64,000 nucleotides of DNA from an uncultured Bacillales bacterium. Lineage in GTDB: Bacteria > Bacillota_I > Bacilli_A > RF39 > UBA660. A model generated the notes under the pieces. It was not told where the DNA came from. It worked only from the letters and a program-made list of their open reading frames with translations, and did no database searches. The translations under genes and the position numbers were made by a program. The DNA is taken from positions 29,122 through 93,121 of the forward strand of contig CANOYR010000001.1 of the NCBI GenBank assembly GCA_947571655.1, written 5' to 3'. How positions within the stretch are numbered: position 1 is the stretch's first letter; each line of letters begins with the position of its first letter. Shown piece after piece: positions 22,703 to 32,737 of this stretch.

Positions 22703-23613
22703 AATTGCTCTGGATAAACCCCTTTCTCTATTAATTGTTGAAGACCAGAAACCACCTCTTCCTTATCTTCCTTATAAGTAACTCCCATCCATTTCGCATC
22801 AGTTTTTAAAACCTTAGCAGTTACCTTTTGCTCATGAATTAGTTCTGTTAAAACATCTGGTATTAAGAATTCACAATTCTCTGAATTTTTTTTATTTTCT
22901 TCAAAAAAAACTGACATTTTAGATTCAATATAAGAAAAAATAGAAGGATGAAAACCAAACATATTCATCGAAACAAAATCATAATTAGTTACTTCAAAAC
23001 TTGAACTTCCATCTAATGGAGAAGCAATTACTTTATCTTCTTTACAAACTACACTACTTTCAATTAATGTATCCAAGTATTCCCCTTTCATTTGACAAAT
23101 TCCTCGTTTTACTGATCCATTTTTAGTAAGGGTATTACAAACAAGATATCCAACCAATCCATATGTTTGTTGATTAGGAATCCCCTTTAAATTTTTAAAG
23201 AATTCATAAATTTTAAGGAAAGCATCTCTTCCATAAAAATCATCAGCATTAATTACTACAAAATTTTCATGAATCACATCTTTTGCACAATAAATAGCAT
23301 GAGCAGTACCCCAAGGTTTCATCCGATTCTCTAAAACAGGAACGCCCTTAGGAAGAATATCTAATTTTTGAAACACATATTCAACTGGAATATGGGATTC
23401 TACTCTCTTTCCGATAGTTTCCTTAAAAGCTTGATAATTTTCTTCCTTAATAATAAATACTACCTTAGTAAATCCAGCCTGAATTGCATCATAAATAGAA
23501 TAATCAATTAAAAATTCTCCATGGGGACCAAACGGCTCCATCTGTTTTAATCCTCCAAAACGACTTCCCATTCCTGCTGCCATAATTAATAAAGTCAAAT
23601 CTTCTTTTTTCAT
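22690..23613 (-). CDS. Sugar-phosphate nucleotidyltransferase
   Basis: MAAGMGSRFGGLKQ, KPWGTAHA, VINADDFYG, VSMNMFGF. Confidence 0.9.
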   Translation of the reverse strand: MKKEDLTLLIMAAGMGSRFGGLKQMEPFGPHGEFLIDYSIYDAIQAGFTKVVFIIKEENYQAFKETIGKRVESHIPVEYVFQKLDILPKGVPVLENRMKPWGTAHAIYCAKDVIHENFVVINADDFYGRDAFLKIYEFFKNLKGIPNQQTYGLVGYLVCNTLTKNGSVKRGICQMKGEYLDTLIESSVVCKEDKVIASPLDGSSSFEVTNYDFVSMNMFGFHPSIFSYIESKMSVFFEENKKNSENCEFLIPDVLTELIHEQKVTAKVLKTDAKWMGVTYKEDKEEVVSGLQQLIEKGVYPEQLWEK

Positions 23614-23640
23614 AATTAATTCCTCCCAATAAACAATCAC

Positions 23641-24057
23641 TTATAAAACCTGCATTTTTTCTCTTTTACTTTCTAAAACTGAAACTGTAGAAATCTTATA
23701 ATCAAGTTCCAAAATTCCATCTAACCAATCAATACCCTCACTATAAAACTCTTCAATAGGAGTTCCCTCAATCGAATAAGGAAAATCTCTAGATACTCTT
23801 CTTTTTAATAATGAATTTCGATACATGGAAGTAGAAAAATCATGCCTCATCTGATAAATATATCCATTTTCTAATTGTTTTTTTATATTGGGAAGAACAT
23901 CAAAAAAATTTCCAACATCAATTCCATAAACAAAACTAGGAATCTCACCATCATAGTAGATAATAGATCCTCGATACCTTTCACCAGAATTATCATAATT
24001 AATAACGATAACATTTCCTCTATCCAAATTTTTTAATACTTCCACTAAACTTCTCAT
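23641..24057 (-). CDS. Hypothetical protein
   Basis: 138-aa ORF with GGAG RBS directly after pcrA stop; no recognisable motif. Confidence 0.7.
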   Translation of the reverse strand: MRSLVEVLKNLDRGNVIVINYDNSGERYRGSIIYYDGEIPSFVYGIDVGNFFDVLPNIKKQLENGYIYQMRHDFSTSMYRNSLLKRRVSRDFPYSIEGTPIEEFYSEGIDWLDGILELDYKISTVSVLESKREKMQVL

Positions 24058-24065
24058 AACTACTC

Positions 24066-26159
24066 CTATACTTTCTTCAAACTTTTATGGTTCTTCATTA
24101 ATTTTTTAATTCCATGAGGACTTTTAAATGCTATAGAAATTAATGTATTAGAAACCTCAACAATCCTACCAGCACCAAATACATCATGATAAACATAATC
24201 TCCCACATTCCAATCAATATCTTCTGAATAAAACTTTTCTTCTTTTTTAATTGGTATAGCATCTTGCTTTTCCACATGTGTTTTTTCTAATAAATCATCT
24301 TGAATCTCTGAAATAAACCTACTAGGGGGATTAATTTGATCCTTTCCAAAAAGCATTCTTCTTCTAGCATTCACCAAATATAATTTTTCCTTTGCCCGAG
24401 TAATCGCAACATAGGCAAGTCTTCTCTCTTCCTCTAGTTCATGACGATCCATTAAACTATTCATATGAGGAAAAATTCCTTCTTCTAATCCAACAACAAA
24501 CACATATTGAAATTCAAGACCCTTTACTGAATGCACTGTCATTAAACTTACTTTATTAGTACTGTCCTTATAATCTTCCCGATCACTAACCAAACTGACT
24601 TCAAATAAAAAATCTTCTAATGAAATTAACCCATCTCTCTCTTCAAATGCTTTAGTAATTGATTTAAATTCCTCTAAGTTTTCCAAACGAATATCAGACT
24701 CTAAAGTCTTCTCTGCTTCAAGCTCTTGACGAATTCCCGTCGTATCCAAAACTTTATCTACAAGTTCTGTTAATGTTAAATCAGAAGAAACACGCCTCAA
24801 ATCCTCAATAATTTGCTTAAAGGCCATCTCTTTTCCAGATTGAATCACTTCATAAATACTTTTTCCTTCAATATCAGCAAGTGTCGATAAATTTTGAATT
24901 GTTTTTAACCCAATTCCACGCTTTGGAGTATTAATAACCCGAAGTAATGAAACATTATCTTTCTCATTATGAATCAGTCTCAAATAAGCCATTAAATCTT
25001 TAATTTCTTTCCTTGAATAGAAATAAAAACTACCAACAACCCGATAAGGAATGTTCATCTTTAAAAAATCTTCTTCTAAAATACGAGATTGTGCATTTGT
25101 CCGATAAAGAACAGCCACTTTCTCAGAAGCCACCCCATCTTTTAAAAGACCTTGAATCGTCGAAGCAACAAAATGTGCCTCATCCTTTTCATCATAAGCA
25201 CGATAATAAGATATTTTTTCTCCATCCCCCTGATTACTCCAAAGATTTTTATCTTTTCGATTCTGATTATTCTGAATTACTTGATTCGCTGCATTCAAAA
25301 TATTTTGAGTCGAACGATAATTTTGTTCTAACTTAATTGTTTTCGTTTCTTTATAATCCTTTTCAAAATTTAAAATATTTCGGTAATTGGCTCCACGAAA
25401 AGAATAAATACTTTGATTCTCATCCCCTACAACACAAATATTTCGATACTTTGCACTCATCAACTTTGTTAAAATATATTGTGCTTCATTCGTATCTTGA
25501 TATTCATCTACCAAAACATATCGAAATCTCTCTTGATACTTTTCCAAAATATAAGGATTTTTCTGAAATAATTGAATGGGAAGTAATAACAAATCATCAA
25601 AGTCAATAGAATTATTCTCTTTCAATTTTTTTTCATAAGAAACAAAAACTTGTAAGACTACTTTTTCAAATTCTGTCGTTGCATACTTCTCATACATAGT
25701 AGAAGACATTAATTCATTCTTACATCCACTAATTCGGTTTTTAATCGCAGTCGGATTATATTGCTTTGGATCTAATCCAAGAGATTTTAAAATTCGTTTA
25801 ATAACCGTTAGAGAATCATCACTATCCATAATTACAAAATTCCGATCATATCCTAAAAGTTCATAATTTTCACGTAATATTTTAAGCCCAAAAGAATGAA
25901 AAGTAGATACTTGTACACCTCTAGCAACATCGCCAATCAAAGTAACTAATCTTGACTGCATTTCTTTCGCAGCCTTATTAGTAAAAGTAATTGCCAAAAT
26001 ATGATAAGGATCTACTTTTTTTTCCTCAATTAAATAAGCAATCCTAGTTGTTAAAACTTTAGTTTTCCCACTTCCAGCTCCTGCTAAAATAAGCAAAGGT
26101 CCTTCTGTTGTCATTACAGCTTCCTTTTGCATGTCATTCAAGCGATCGATATTGTCCAT
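24066..26159 (-). CDS. pcrA: ATP-dependent DNA helicase PcrA/UvrD
   Basis: AGAGSGKT, TFTNKAA, VDEYQDTN, EQNYRS, VLYRTNAQSR, YVAITRA, C-terminal Tudor-like tail. Confidence 0.97.
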   Translation of the reverse strand: MDNIDRLNDMQKEAVMTTEGPLLILAGAGSGKTKVLTTRIAYLIEEKKVDPYHILAITFTNKAAKEMQSRLVTLIGDVARGVQVSTFHSFGLKILRENYELLGYDRNFVIMDSDDSLTVIKRILKSLGLDPKQYNPTAIKNRISGCKNELMSSTMYEKYATTEFEKVVLQVFVSYEKKLKENNSIDFDDLLLLPIQLFQKNPYILEKYQERFRYVLVDEYQDTNEAQYILTKLMSAKYRNICVVGDENQSIYSFRGANYRNILNFEKDYKETKTIKLEQNYRSTQNILNAANQVIQNNQNRKDKNLWSNQGDGEKISYYRAYDEKDEAHFVASTIQGLLKDGVASEKVAVLYRTNAQSRILEEDFLKMNIPYRVVGSFYFYSRKEIKDLMAYLRLIHNEKDNVSLLRVINTPKRGIGLKTIQNLSTLADIEGKSIYEVIQSGKEMAFKQIIEDLRRVSSDLTLTELVDKVLDTTGIRQELEAEKTLESDIRLENLEEFKSITKAFEERDGLISLEDFLFEVSLVSDREDYKDSTNKVSLMTVHSVKGLEFQYVFVVGLEEGIFPHMNSLMDRHELEEERRLAYVAITRAKEKLYLVNARRRMLFGKDQINPPSRFISEIQDDLLEKTHVEKQDAIPIKKEEKFYSEDIDWNVGDYVYHDVFGAGRIVEVSNTLISIAFKSPHGIKKLMKNHKSLKKV

Positions 26160-26187
26160 TACTACCTACTCCTTAAAATTAATTATA

Positions 26188-26499
26188 CTATAAATTCTCA
26201 GAACTTAAAATACAAAACATCAGATAAGAAACATTTTCTAAACTTGAAATTTCATATTCCAAATCCTCTTTTAGAAAGCGAATACATCGAATATAATAAT
26301 TCTTTTTAAAAATCAAAAGAGAAGACACAGGAATTTGTAAAAAATTAGCGATTAAAAAAGCAAAATCCAATCTTAAATTTCCCGCATTTAATTGATATCG
26401 AAGTGTGAAATAATTAACTCCTAAAATTTTAGAAAGTTCTGAAATCGTTTCAACATTCTTTTTTCTTAAAAGATAAAATATATATTCCTGATCTAACAT
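26188..26499 (-). CDS. XRE-like helix-turn-helix protein
   Basis: TISELSKILGVNYFTL...IANFLQIPVSSLL pattern; overlaps recX stop. Confidence 0.55.
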   Translation of the reverse strand: MLDQEYIFYLLRKKNVETISELSKILGVNYFTLRYQLNAGNLRLDFAFLIANFLQIPVSSLLIFKKNYYIRCIRFLKEDLEYEISSLENVSYLMFCILSSENL

Positions 26500-27254
26500 A
26501 ATTCACTATTTTGTCGAAATCCCTTCTGAAATAATTTTTGCTTGATTCTATACTCTAATTCCTTTCCCTGATACTTCTGACTCAATTTTTGATAAAGTTT
26601 TCGATATTCTTTCTGATAAAGTTCCTGTTCTAAATCTTCATCCTGTACTACCAAATATAGTTTTTTTTCAATCAAAGAGGAGGAATAACCCAAATCAATT
26701 AAATACTGAAATATTTTCTGTTTTAAAGAATAACTACTTTTTGAATGATTCTTGCGCATTTGCTTCAATATGATTTTCTCTATTCTTTCAAGTTCCATCT
26801 CTTCTGTATATTCTGATAAAATATCTTGTATCTGTTCTTTTGACAACTGTAACTGATCTAACTCCCTTTTGATTTTAAGTGGACCATCAAAACTAAACAT
26901 AATCCGATCATGAACAAAAGAACGAGCATAAACCAAATCATTCAAATAACCCTGACTTTTCAATAAGGCAACAGTAGAATCAATTTGCTCATTCTTATAT
27001 CCCTTTTTTAAAAGAAAATCGATTAATTCCTGAACACTTCTTATCCTAATCTTTATATAGTTTAAAGAAGCAAAATAAACTTCATACATCTTATTTTCTT
27101 CTTTAATTTTTTGAAAAACATCATGGGATATTTCTTTACGAATTAAAAGATTATATTTTAATATTAAATCTTCATAAGTTTCAAATTCTTCTCCACCTTC
27201 TAATTGAAGAATATACTTCCCCTGTTTTTTCTTTTGATACCTAATAATTTTCAT
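26493..27254 (-). CDS. recX: Regulatory protein RecX
   Basis: IRSVQELIDFL, GYLNDLVYA, GPLKIKREL, KLFQKGF. Confidence 0.9.
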   Translation of the reverse strand: MKIIRYQKKKQGKYILQLEGGEEFETYEDLILKYNLLIRKEISHDVFQKIKEENKMYEVYFASLNYIKIRIRSVQELIDFLLKKGYKNEQIDSTVALLKSQGYLNDLVYARSFVHDRIMFSFDGPLKIKRELDQLQLSKEQIQDILSEYTEEMELERIEKIILKQMRKNHSKSSYSLKQKIFQYLIDLGYSSSLIEKKLYLVVQDEDLEQELYQKEYRKLYQKLSQKYQGKELEYRIKQKLFQKGFRQNSELC

Positions 27255-27294
27255 AACTACCCCCAATCCATCTACTATTTACATTGTACAACAG

Positions 27295-27308
27295 AGTACA
27301 TTTGTTCG
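27295..27308 (-). promoter_or_regulatory. LexA (Cheo) box within recX promoter
   Basis: CGAACAAATGTACT overlapping a TTGACG-N18-TACAAT promoter; Firmicutes consensus CGAAC-N4-GTTCG. Confidence 0.65.
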
Positions 27309-27335
27309 TCAAAGAAAAGTTCAAAAAAAGGACTT

Positions 27336-27536
27336 TTAGTCCTTTTTCACAGTAATTAAATTTTCAGAAATTTCCTCCAATGCACGACCTAAATTCTTTT
27401 TTGAAATATATTTATATTCTGGTATTTGATAGTGTTTGGTTGCTGACATTTGTTTACTACGCTTACTAATAATATGAACCAACTCATATTTTGAGTCTAT
27501 CACATTTAAAATTTTATCAATTGATGGATAAATCAC
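27336..27536 (-). CDS. rpoZ: RNA polymerase omega subunit
   Basis: YPSIDKIL...SKYELVHIISKRSKQ...ALEEI. Confidence 0.9.
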   Translation of the reverse strand: MIYPSIDKILNVIDSKYELVHIISKRSKQMSATKHYQIPEYKYISKKNLGRALEEISENLITVKKD

Positions 27537-27697
27537 TGTATCACCTTCCCTATTTTAATAATAAAAGTAATTGGTAAATTTTACAAGAAATTTAAAAAAA
27601 CTATACAAAAATTTACAATGATTATTTTTTTAATTAAAAGAAGAATAATTTTCTACAATGCTCTTTATAAAGACAAAATTTCATGTTTTCTAAAAAA

Positions 27698-27718
27698 GAA
27701 AAAAGTCTTGCGACTTTT
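27698..27718 (-). terminator. Intrinsic terminator after CotD-like gene
   Basis: AAAAGTC-ttgc-GACTTTT hairpin with T tract on - strand. Confidence 0.65.
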
Positions 27719-28058
27719 ATCTAAAATTACAACAAGAACCACATTGAATTTGACTACATACATTTTCTTCACAACAAGAGTATGATGGACGATATGTATG
27801 ACGGAATACGTGGTGATTAATTACACGAGTACGAATTGGGCAAACATGTTGAACATCATGCATGATTGTACGATGTACCTGACGTTCTCTCATAGGTTCC
27901 ATAATAGGACCTTGAGTAGTAGCAGCAGGCATCATTCCCATACCATTCCCTGCCATATTATTATTATTCATTTCAACGTCGATATCAACATTCATATTTT
28001 CAGCATTGAACTCATTATTCATTTCATTTTGCCTATCGTAGCAAGCATTTCTAAACAT
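27717..28058 (-). CDS. CotD-like His/Cys-rich spore coat protein
   Basis: PIMEP...VHRTIMHDVQHVCPIRTRVINHHVFRHTYRP resembles CotD core; Cys-rich tail; GGAGG RBS. Confidence 0.7.
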   Translation of the reverse strand: MFRNACYDRQNEMNNEFNAENMNVDIDVEMNNNNMAGNGMGMMPAATTQGPIMEPMRERQVHRTIMHDVQHVCPIRTRVINHHVFRHTYRPSYSCCEENVCSQIQCGSCCNFR

Positions 28059-28241
28059 ATTTTTTTCCTCCTATCTACTTCTATCATATTCAGGAAGAAA
28101 AAAATGACCTAATTCCTTTGCCCAGAAAAAAATATGAAATCAATCAAAACTTCTAAATTCTTGTCTAGAAAACATTTTAATTTACATAAAAATACTAAGC
28201 ACAATTTTTTTAAAAGAAAATTACTATTAAAATCGAGCCAT

Positions 28242-29549
28242 CTAAAACGGTAATTTCATATTACCATTCATCATCTGTTTCATCATCTTTTTCATTTGTT
28301 CAAACTGAGAAAGTAATTGATTAACTTCTTGAACAGAAAGTCCACAACCAACAGCAATTCTGGTTTTTCTACTAGCTTTAATAATTTCTGGATTTCTTCT
28401 TTCCTTAGGAGTCATCGATAAAATAATTGCCTCTACATGAGCCATCTGTTTTGGATCAATTTTTAATTGATCTAAATTTAATTTCTTAGCACCAGGTAAT
28501 AATTTCAATAAATTTTCTAAAGGTCCAAGCTTTTTAATTTGCTTCATCTGTTTTAAGAAATCCTCCAAGTCAAACTTTCCAGTTTGCATCTTCTTCGCTG
28601 CATCCATTGCTTCCTTTTCATCAATTGCTTCCGTCGCTTTTTCTACTAGAGAAATAATATCCCCCATCCCAAGAATTCTTCCAGCCATACGCTCTGGATC
28701 AAAAGAATCCAATCCATCTAATTTTTCACTAATACCAATAAATTTAATAGGAACATTCGTTAAATGACGAACAGATAAAGCAACACCACCTCTCGTATCA
28801 CCATCTAATTTAGTTAAAATGACACCAGTTAAAGGAAGCGCTTCATGAAATCCTTCAATTACATTAATTGCATCCTGACCCATCATAGAATCGATAACTA
28901 ATAAGGTTTCTTGAGGATTTAATTCCTGATAAATATTAGAAAGCTCTCCCATTAATTCATCATCAATATGAAGTCGTCCAGCAGTATCAATTAAGACATA
29001 ATCATACTGATTCTCTTTTGCATACTTAATCGCATTCTTTGAAATCTCTACAGGATCCTTTTTACCCTCCTGATAAACTTCAATTCCAAGTTGTTTTCCG
29101 AGTTGCATCAACTGATCAATAGCAGCAGGACGATACACATCACAAGCAACAAGAAGTGGTTTTTTCGCATGTTTTTTTCTCAAAAAATTGGAAAGTTTTC
29201 CAATTGTTGTCGTCTTTCCAGATCCCTGAAGACCAACCAACATTAATATTGCGGGATTCCCATGAGTATTAAGCGGAACACTCTCACCACCCAATAATTC
29301 TGTCAATTCATCTTTGACAATTTTTACAAATAAATCTCCAGGTTTGATACTCTTTTGCACTTCTTCTCCCAAAGCTTTTTCCTTTACTGTATTTGTAAAT
29401 TCTTTTACTACTTTATAATTAACATCTGCTTCCAAAAGAGCAAGACGAATTTCTCTCATCATCTCACTGATATTATCCTCTGTAATCTTGCCATAACCCT
29501 TCATCTTATGAACAACAGATTGTAAACGATCTCCCAAAGATTCAAACAT
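28242..29549 (-). CDS. ffh: Signal recognition particle protein
   Basis: MFESLGDRL, GLQGSGKTTT, DTAGR, TKLDGDTRGG, M domain. Confidence 0.98.
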   Translation of the reverse strand: MFESLGDRLQSVVHKMKGYGKITEDNISEMMREIRLALLEADVNYKVVKEFTNTVKEKALGEEVQKSIKPGDLFVKIVKDELTELLGGESVPLNTHGNPAILMLVGLQGSGKTTTIGKLSNFLRKKHAKKPLLVACDVYRPAAIDQLMQLGKQLGIEVYQEGKKDPVEISKNAIKYAKENQYDYVLIDTAGRLHIDDELMGELSNIYQELNPQETLLVIDSMMGQDAINVIEGFHEALPLTGVILTKLDGDTRGGVALSVRHLTNVPIKFIGISEKLDGLDSFDPERMAGRILGMGDIISLVEKATEAIDEKEAMDAAKKMQTGKFDLEDFLKQMKQIKKLGPLENLLKLLPGAKKLNLDQLKIDPKQMAHVEAIILSMTPKERRNPEIIKASRKTRIAVGCGLSVQEVNQLLSQFEQMKKMMKQMMNGNMKLPF

Positions 29550-29671
29550 TTTCTTTTTCCTCCTGTATCAATTAATATTATACTACAAAACAAAAAGTTC
29601 ACCAAGAAAAAAGAAGAAAGCTGAATAAGTTTTAGAAACTTATTTACTTCCTTCCTTATTTAAAAATCACT

Positions 29672-30640
29672 TTATTTTTGAGGGGAAAGAATAGAATCTA
29701 AAAAAGAAAGTTCAGAAGATAAGATTTGAGAAGAATCCCCATCATTGAAAGATTTTATATTAGTTTTTTCCTCCTGCACAGAAGAATTCACCTTTGTAGA
29801 ATCTTTAAAATTCCCATTTCCTAAAATTGACTGAATCGATGACATTTCCTCCTCTAATATAGACTTCTGATTTGCTTTTTCTAACACTAATGAATCCGAT
29901 GGATGAGAAGAACTCTCTATTTTAATATTCTTGAGAGAAGTATCAAAACTCTCTTGAAGGGATTGAATAGAAGAATCTGTCAAATTCATCCTAGAAAAAG
30001 AAGCATTACTCTCTATTGGATTATTCTCTTTAATAGAAAAATCATGAGATGGTTGAAGGTTTTTATTTAAATGTTTCTCAGTGAATGACTTCTCTAAAGG
30101 ACTAGATTCTTTTTTAGAAGTTTTTTCTCTTTTATCAAAAGTTAATGAATCTTGATTAGAAATCTCCATCTCATGAGATTTTTTCTCATTTCTTTGAGGA
30201 TTTATCGCATCATGAGATCCTGACACATCAGATTGTTGTTTTCTTTTACGAGTTTCATCTACATACCCAGTATCATCAAATCCTAAAACAGGGTAAGCTC
30301 CAAACGGAAAAATAAGGAGAAAAAAACCAAATAAAATACTACGACGATATTTTTTTGCCAGTTGGAATGGGAGTAAAAGAAGTAAAAAAACATTATAAAT
30401 AGGAACAAATAATAATAAAAATTTCCAACCATGTCCATATACAATATCAAAAAGAAGATAAAGATTATAAATAGGAATCCAAGCACCCCAAGCAGGTTTC
30501 CCTGCCTTCTTAAAAGTTTCTCCAACTCCAAGCATCATCAAAAAAACTAACAATCCAAATAAGAAAAGTAATTCCAACCAATAAGGTTTTAAAGGATCAA
30601 TAAAATCTGACATAATATCGAACAAATAAACAAAATTCAT
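29672..30640 (-). CDS. DUF5684-like membrane protein with long Ser-rich tail
   Basis: FKKAGKPAWGAWIPIYN, GWKFLLLFVPIYN hydrophobic N-domain; ~190-aa low-complexity C-terminus. Confidence 0.7.
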   Translation of the reverse strand: MNFVYLFDIMSDFIDPLKPYWLELLFLFGLLVFLMMLGVGETFKKAGKPAWGAWIPIYNLYLLFDIVYGHGWKFLLLFVPIYNVFLLLLLPFQLAKKYRRSILFGFFLLIFPFGAYPVLGFDDTGYVDETRKRKQQSDVSGSHDAINPQRNEKKSHEMEISNQDSLTFDKREKTSKKESSPLEKSFTEKHLNKNLQPSHDFSIKENNPIESNASFSRMNLTDSSIQSLQESFDTSLKNIKIESSSHPSDSLVLEKANQKSILEEEMSSIQSILGNGNFKDSTKVNSSVQEEKTNIKSFNDGDSSQILSSELSFLDSILSPQK

Positions 30641-30653
30641 ATAATCTCTCCTC

Positions 30654-32408
30654 TCAACGACTCGTCCAATTCTCTACTACATTACAACTACTACTTTGTG
30701 GCATTGGATTCGGCATTTCCATCTTTACCACAATTGGAATTTTAAATCCACTTCCAAAAGCAAGACAATTCCCAACCTGTAATGATTTTTGTTTTTCAAT
30801 CGTATCTTCTGTAATATTTGGAATCATTTTCGTAATATATTCAATATCTCTAGGATGACTCATTTTAAAAATTAAAAAGTTACTACATTGTGAAATTACA
30901 GTTTCACTTAAGTCTACGGGTCTTTGAGAAATTAATGCCATAATAACTCCGTATTTTCTTCCTTCTTTTGCTACTCGATCAAAAATATTATATCCAAATA
31001 AGAATTCATCGTCATCTTTTTGAACATAACGATGTGCTTCTTCTAATATTAGGTTAAATGGAACACTTCCATGTGGAACTTTTCTAGAAAATTCAAAAAT
31101 CAAACGAGTAAAAATTTTTACAATTGACTTTGCAAAAGAATCATCGACATCTTCTAAATTGATATTAATAATTTGAAATTTTTGATTATCCTTAACAATC
31201 AGTCCACTTAAATATTGATCCAAACGAACATACTCTTGACAATTAAAAAATTTGGCATTCGGTCCAATCACAAGTTCATGAAGTTTTACCTTTAAACTAA
31301 TCGCATCAGCATAAACATTCTCATTTCTAAGCCAACCTTCACTAATCAAAGCAAAATTCAGGGCATTTTCCATATCAACTAAAGTAAAATAATGAACCTT
31401 CTCTGGCTCATATTGATTGAGCTCTGGACGAATAAATTTACTAACATATTCTGTTAATAAAACCCGCTCCGAAAATTGATCATTCGAATCAATTAAAAAA
31501 CAGTCTTGTAATTTTCTAGTATATCCAATCCCCTGAACTGTAGAATTTAGATGAAATTCTTCTGTAGGACAAGTATTAAAAATAGAAAAAATTTCATCAC
31601 GCTTACTAGCAGATCCTTGATTAGAATATAAAATCGTCATAATTGCATTCGCAATCAGATGATTTTTATATTGGACGGCCTCACTATCAGATTGAGAAAA
31701 AATTTTTACAAGTTTCATCATCTTTTCAATAATAGAAAGCTGTGTATGTGTAGTAGCAGATAATAATAACGCAATATCTTCTACGTTTAATAACCAAATG
31801 GGAAGATTTAAAGATTCTCCCTGATGAATACTATTCGTATTCGTAGTAAAAAAACGAAAATGATAATTTGGATTTACCTCATGAATCTTAGAAAAAGCAT
31901 TATAATATTCACCAGAAGAATCAAAAATTAAAAAGTTAGATTTAAAAGGAATAAATTGTGGATTATAAAAAACATTTTGAATAACACGAGCTACTCCACA
32001 GCTTTTCCCACCCCCAGTATTTCCAAAAATACACATATGACGACTAAAAAGTTCATTAATGTCTGCATAAACTTTCTGATTAGAATAAAAGGGACTAATT
32101 CCAAGCTCCATAAACCCAAAATTAGGACTTCCAACAATCAAAGATAGCTCATCAACCGATAAAGAACGAATCGATGCATTCAAGCTCGGTTTTCTTAAAA
32201 GTCCACCTATAAACTTTCCCTCTTGGATTTCACCAAGTAATTTTACTTTCACAGAACCATCTAAAAGATCTTTTACCTCTCCTAAAATAGTCTTCTCAGA
32301 ATCCTGTAATATGAGTGGCATATTCATAATATCAGACGAAATCATTTCGGTATTAGAAATCTGAATCTGTGCATCATGATCCCCAATATACATTATTTTT
32401 TCAAACAT
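30654..32408 (-). CDS. HerA/DUF87-family ATPase
   Basis: HMCIFGNTGGGKS (Walker A), LILEEAH (Walker B), AKEGRKYG, ISQRP, VISQC; N-terminal HAS-barrel-like region. Confidence 0.88.
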   Translation of the reverse strand: MFEKIMYIGDHDAQIQISNTEMISSDIMNMPLILQDSEKTILGEVKDLLDGSVKVKLLGEIQEGKFIGGLLRKPSLNASIRSLSVDELSLIVGSPNFGFMELGISPFYSNQKVYADINELFSRHMCIFGNTGGGKSCGVARVIQNVFYNPQFIPFKSNFLIFDSSGEYYNAFSKIHEVNPNYHFRFFTTNTNSIHQGESLNLPIWLLNVEDIALLLSATTHTQLSIIEKMMKLVKIFSQSDSEAVQYKNHLIANAIMTILYSNQGSASKRDEIFSIFNTCPTEEFHLNSTVQGIGYTRKLQDCFLIDSNDQFSERVLLTEYVSKFIRPELNQYEPEKVHYFTLVDMENALNFALISEGWLRNENVYADAISLKVKLHELVIGPNAKFFNCQEYVRLDQYLSGLIVKDNQKFQIININLEDVDDSFAKSIVKIFTRLIFEFSRKVPHGSVPFNLILEEAHRYVQKDDDEFLFGYNIFDRVAKEGRKYGVIMALISQRPVDLSETVISQCSNFLIFKMSHPRDIEYITKMIPNITEDTIEKQKSLQVGNCLAFGSGFKIPIVVKMEMPNPMPQSSSCNVVENWTSR

Positions 32409-32436
32409 TTTGCATTACCCCTTTAATTCTATTTTA

Positions 32437-32727
32437 TTAAATTAAATCGTCCAATTGCTTTTTTAATTTCGGATCTAAGTCTTTAATTAAAGTACGAATT
32501 TTTTCTGCCTTTTCATATAGATGTAATACCTGCTCATAAAACATTAGCTTCTCCTCAATAATCTTAATCTGACCATGAACTGCATTTCGACTAACATCAT
32601 TATTTTCTGCAATTTCACTTAAAGATAAATCCTCAAAATAATAACTTTCAAAATATAATCTCTGTTTTTCTGTAAAAAGAAGCGAATAATAATCATATAA
32701 ATTATTCAAATATATCTTTTTATCCAT
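32437..32727 (-). CDS. ylxM: YlxM/p13 family protein
   Basis: LYDYYSLLFTEKQ...EDLSLSEIAE...VSRNAV; follows ftsY. Confidence 0.9.
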   Translation of the reverse strand: MDKKIYLNNLYDYYSLLFTEKQRLYFESYYFEDLSLSEIAENNDVSRNAVHGQIKIIEEKLMFYEQVLHLYEKAEKIRTLIKDLDPKLKKQLDDLI

Positions 32728-32737
32728 AATTTTTCTC

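Noticed and set aside
30654-32408. HerA as a known anti-phage system (SIR2-HerA, HerA-DUF4297, Nezha) or NurA-HerA repair pair
   Set aside because: No SIR2, nuclease or NurA gene adjacent and context is housekeeping; kept as an unexplained module instead
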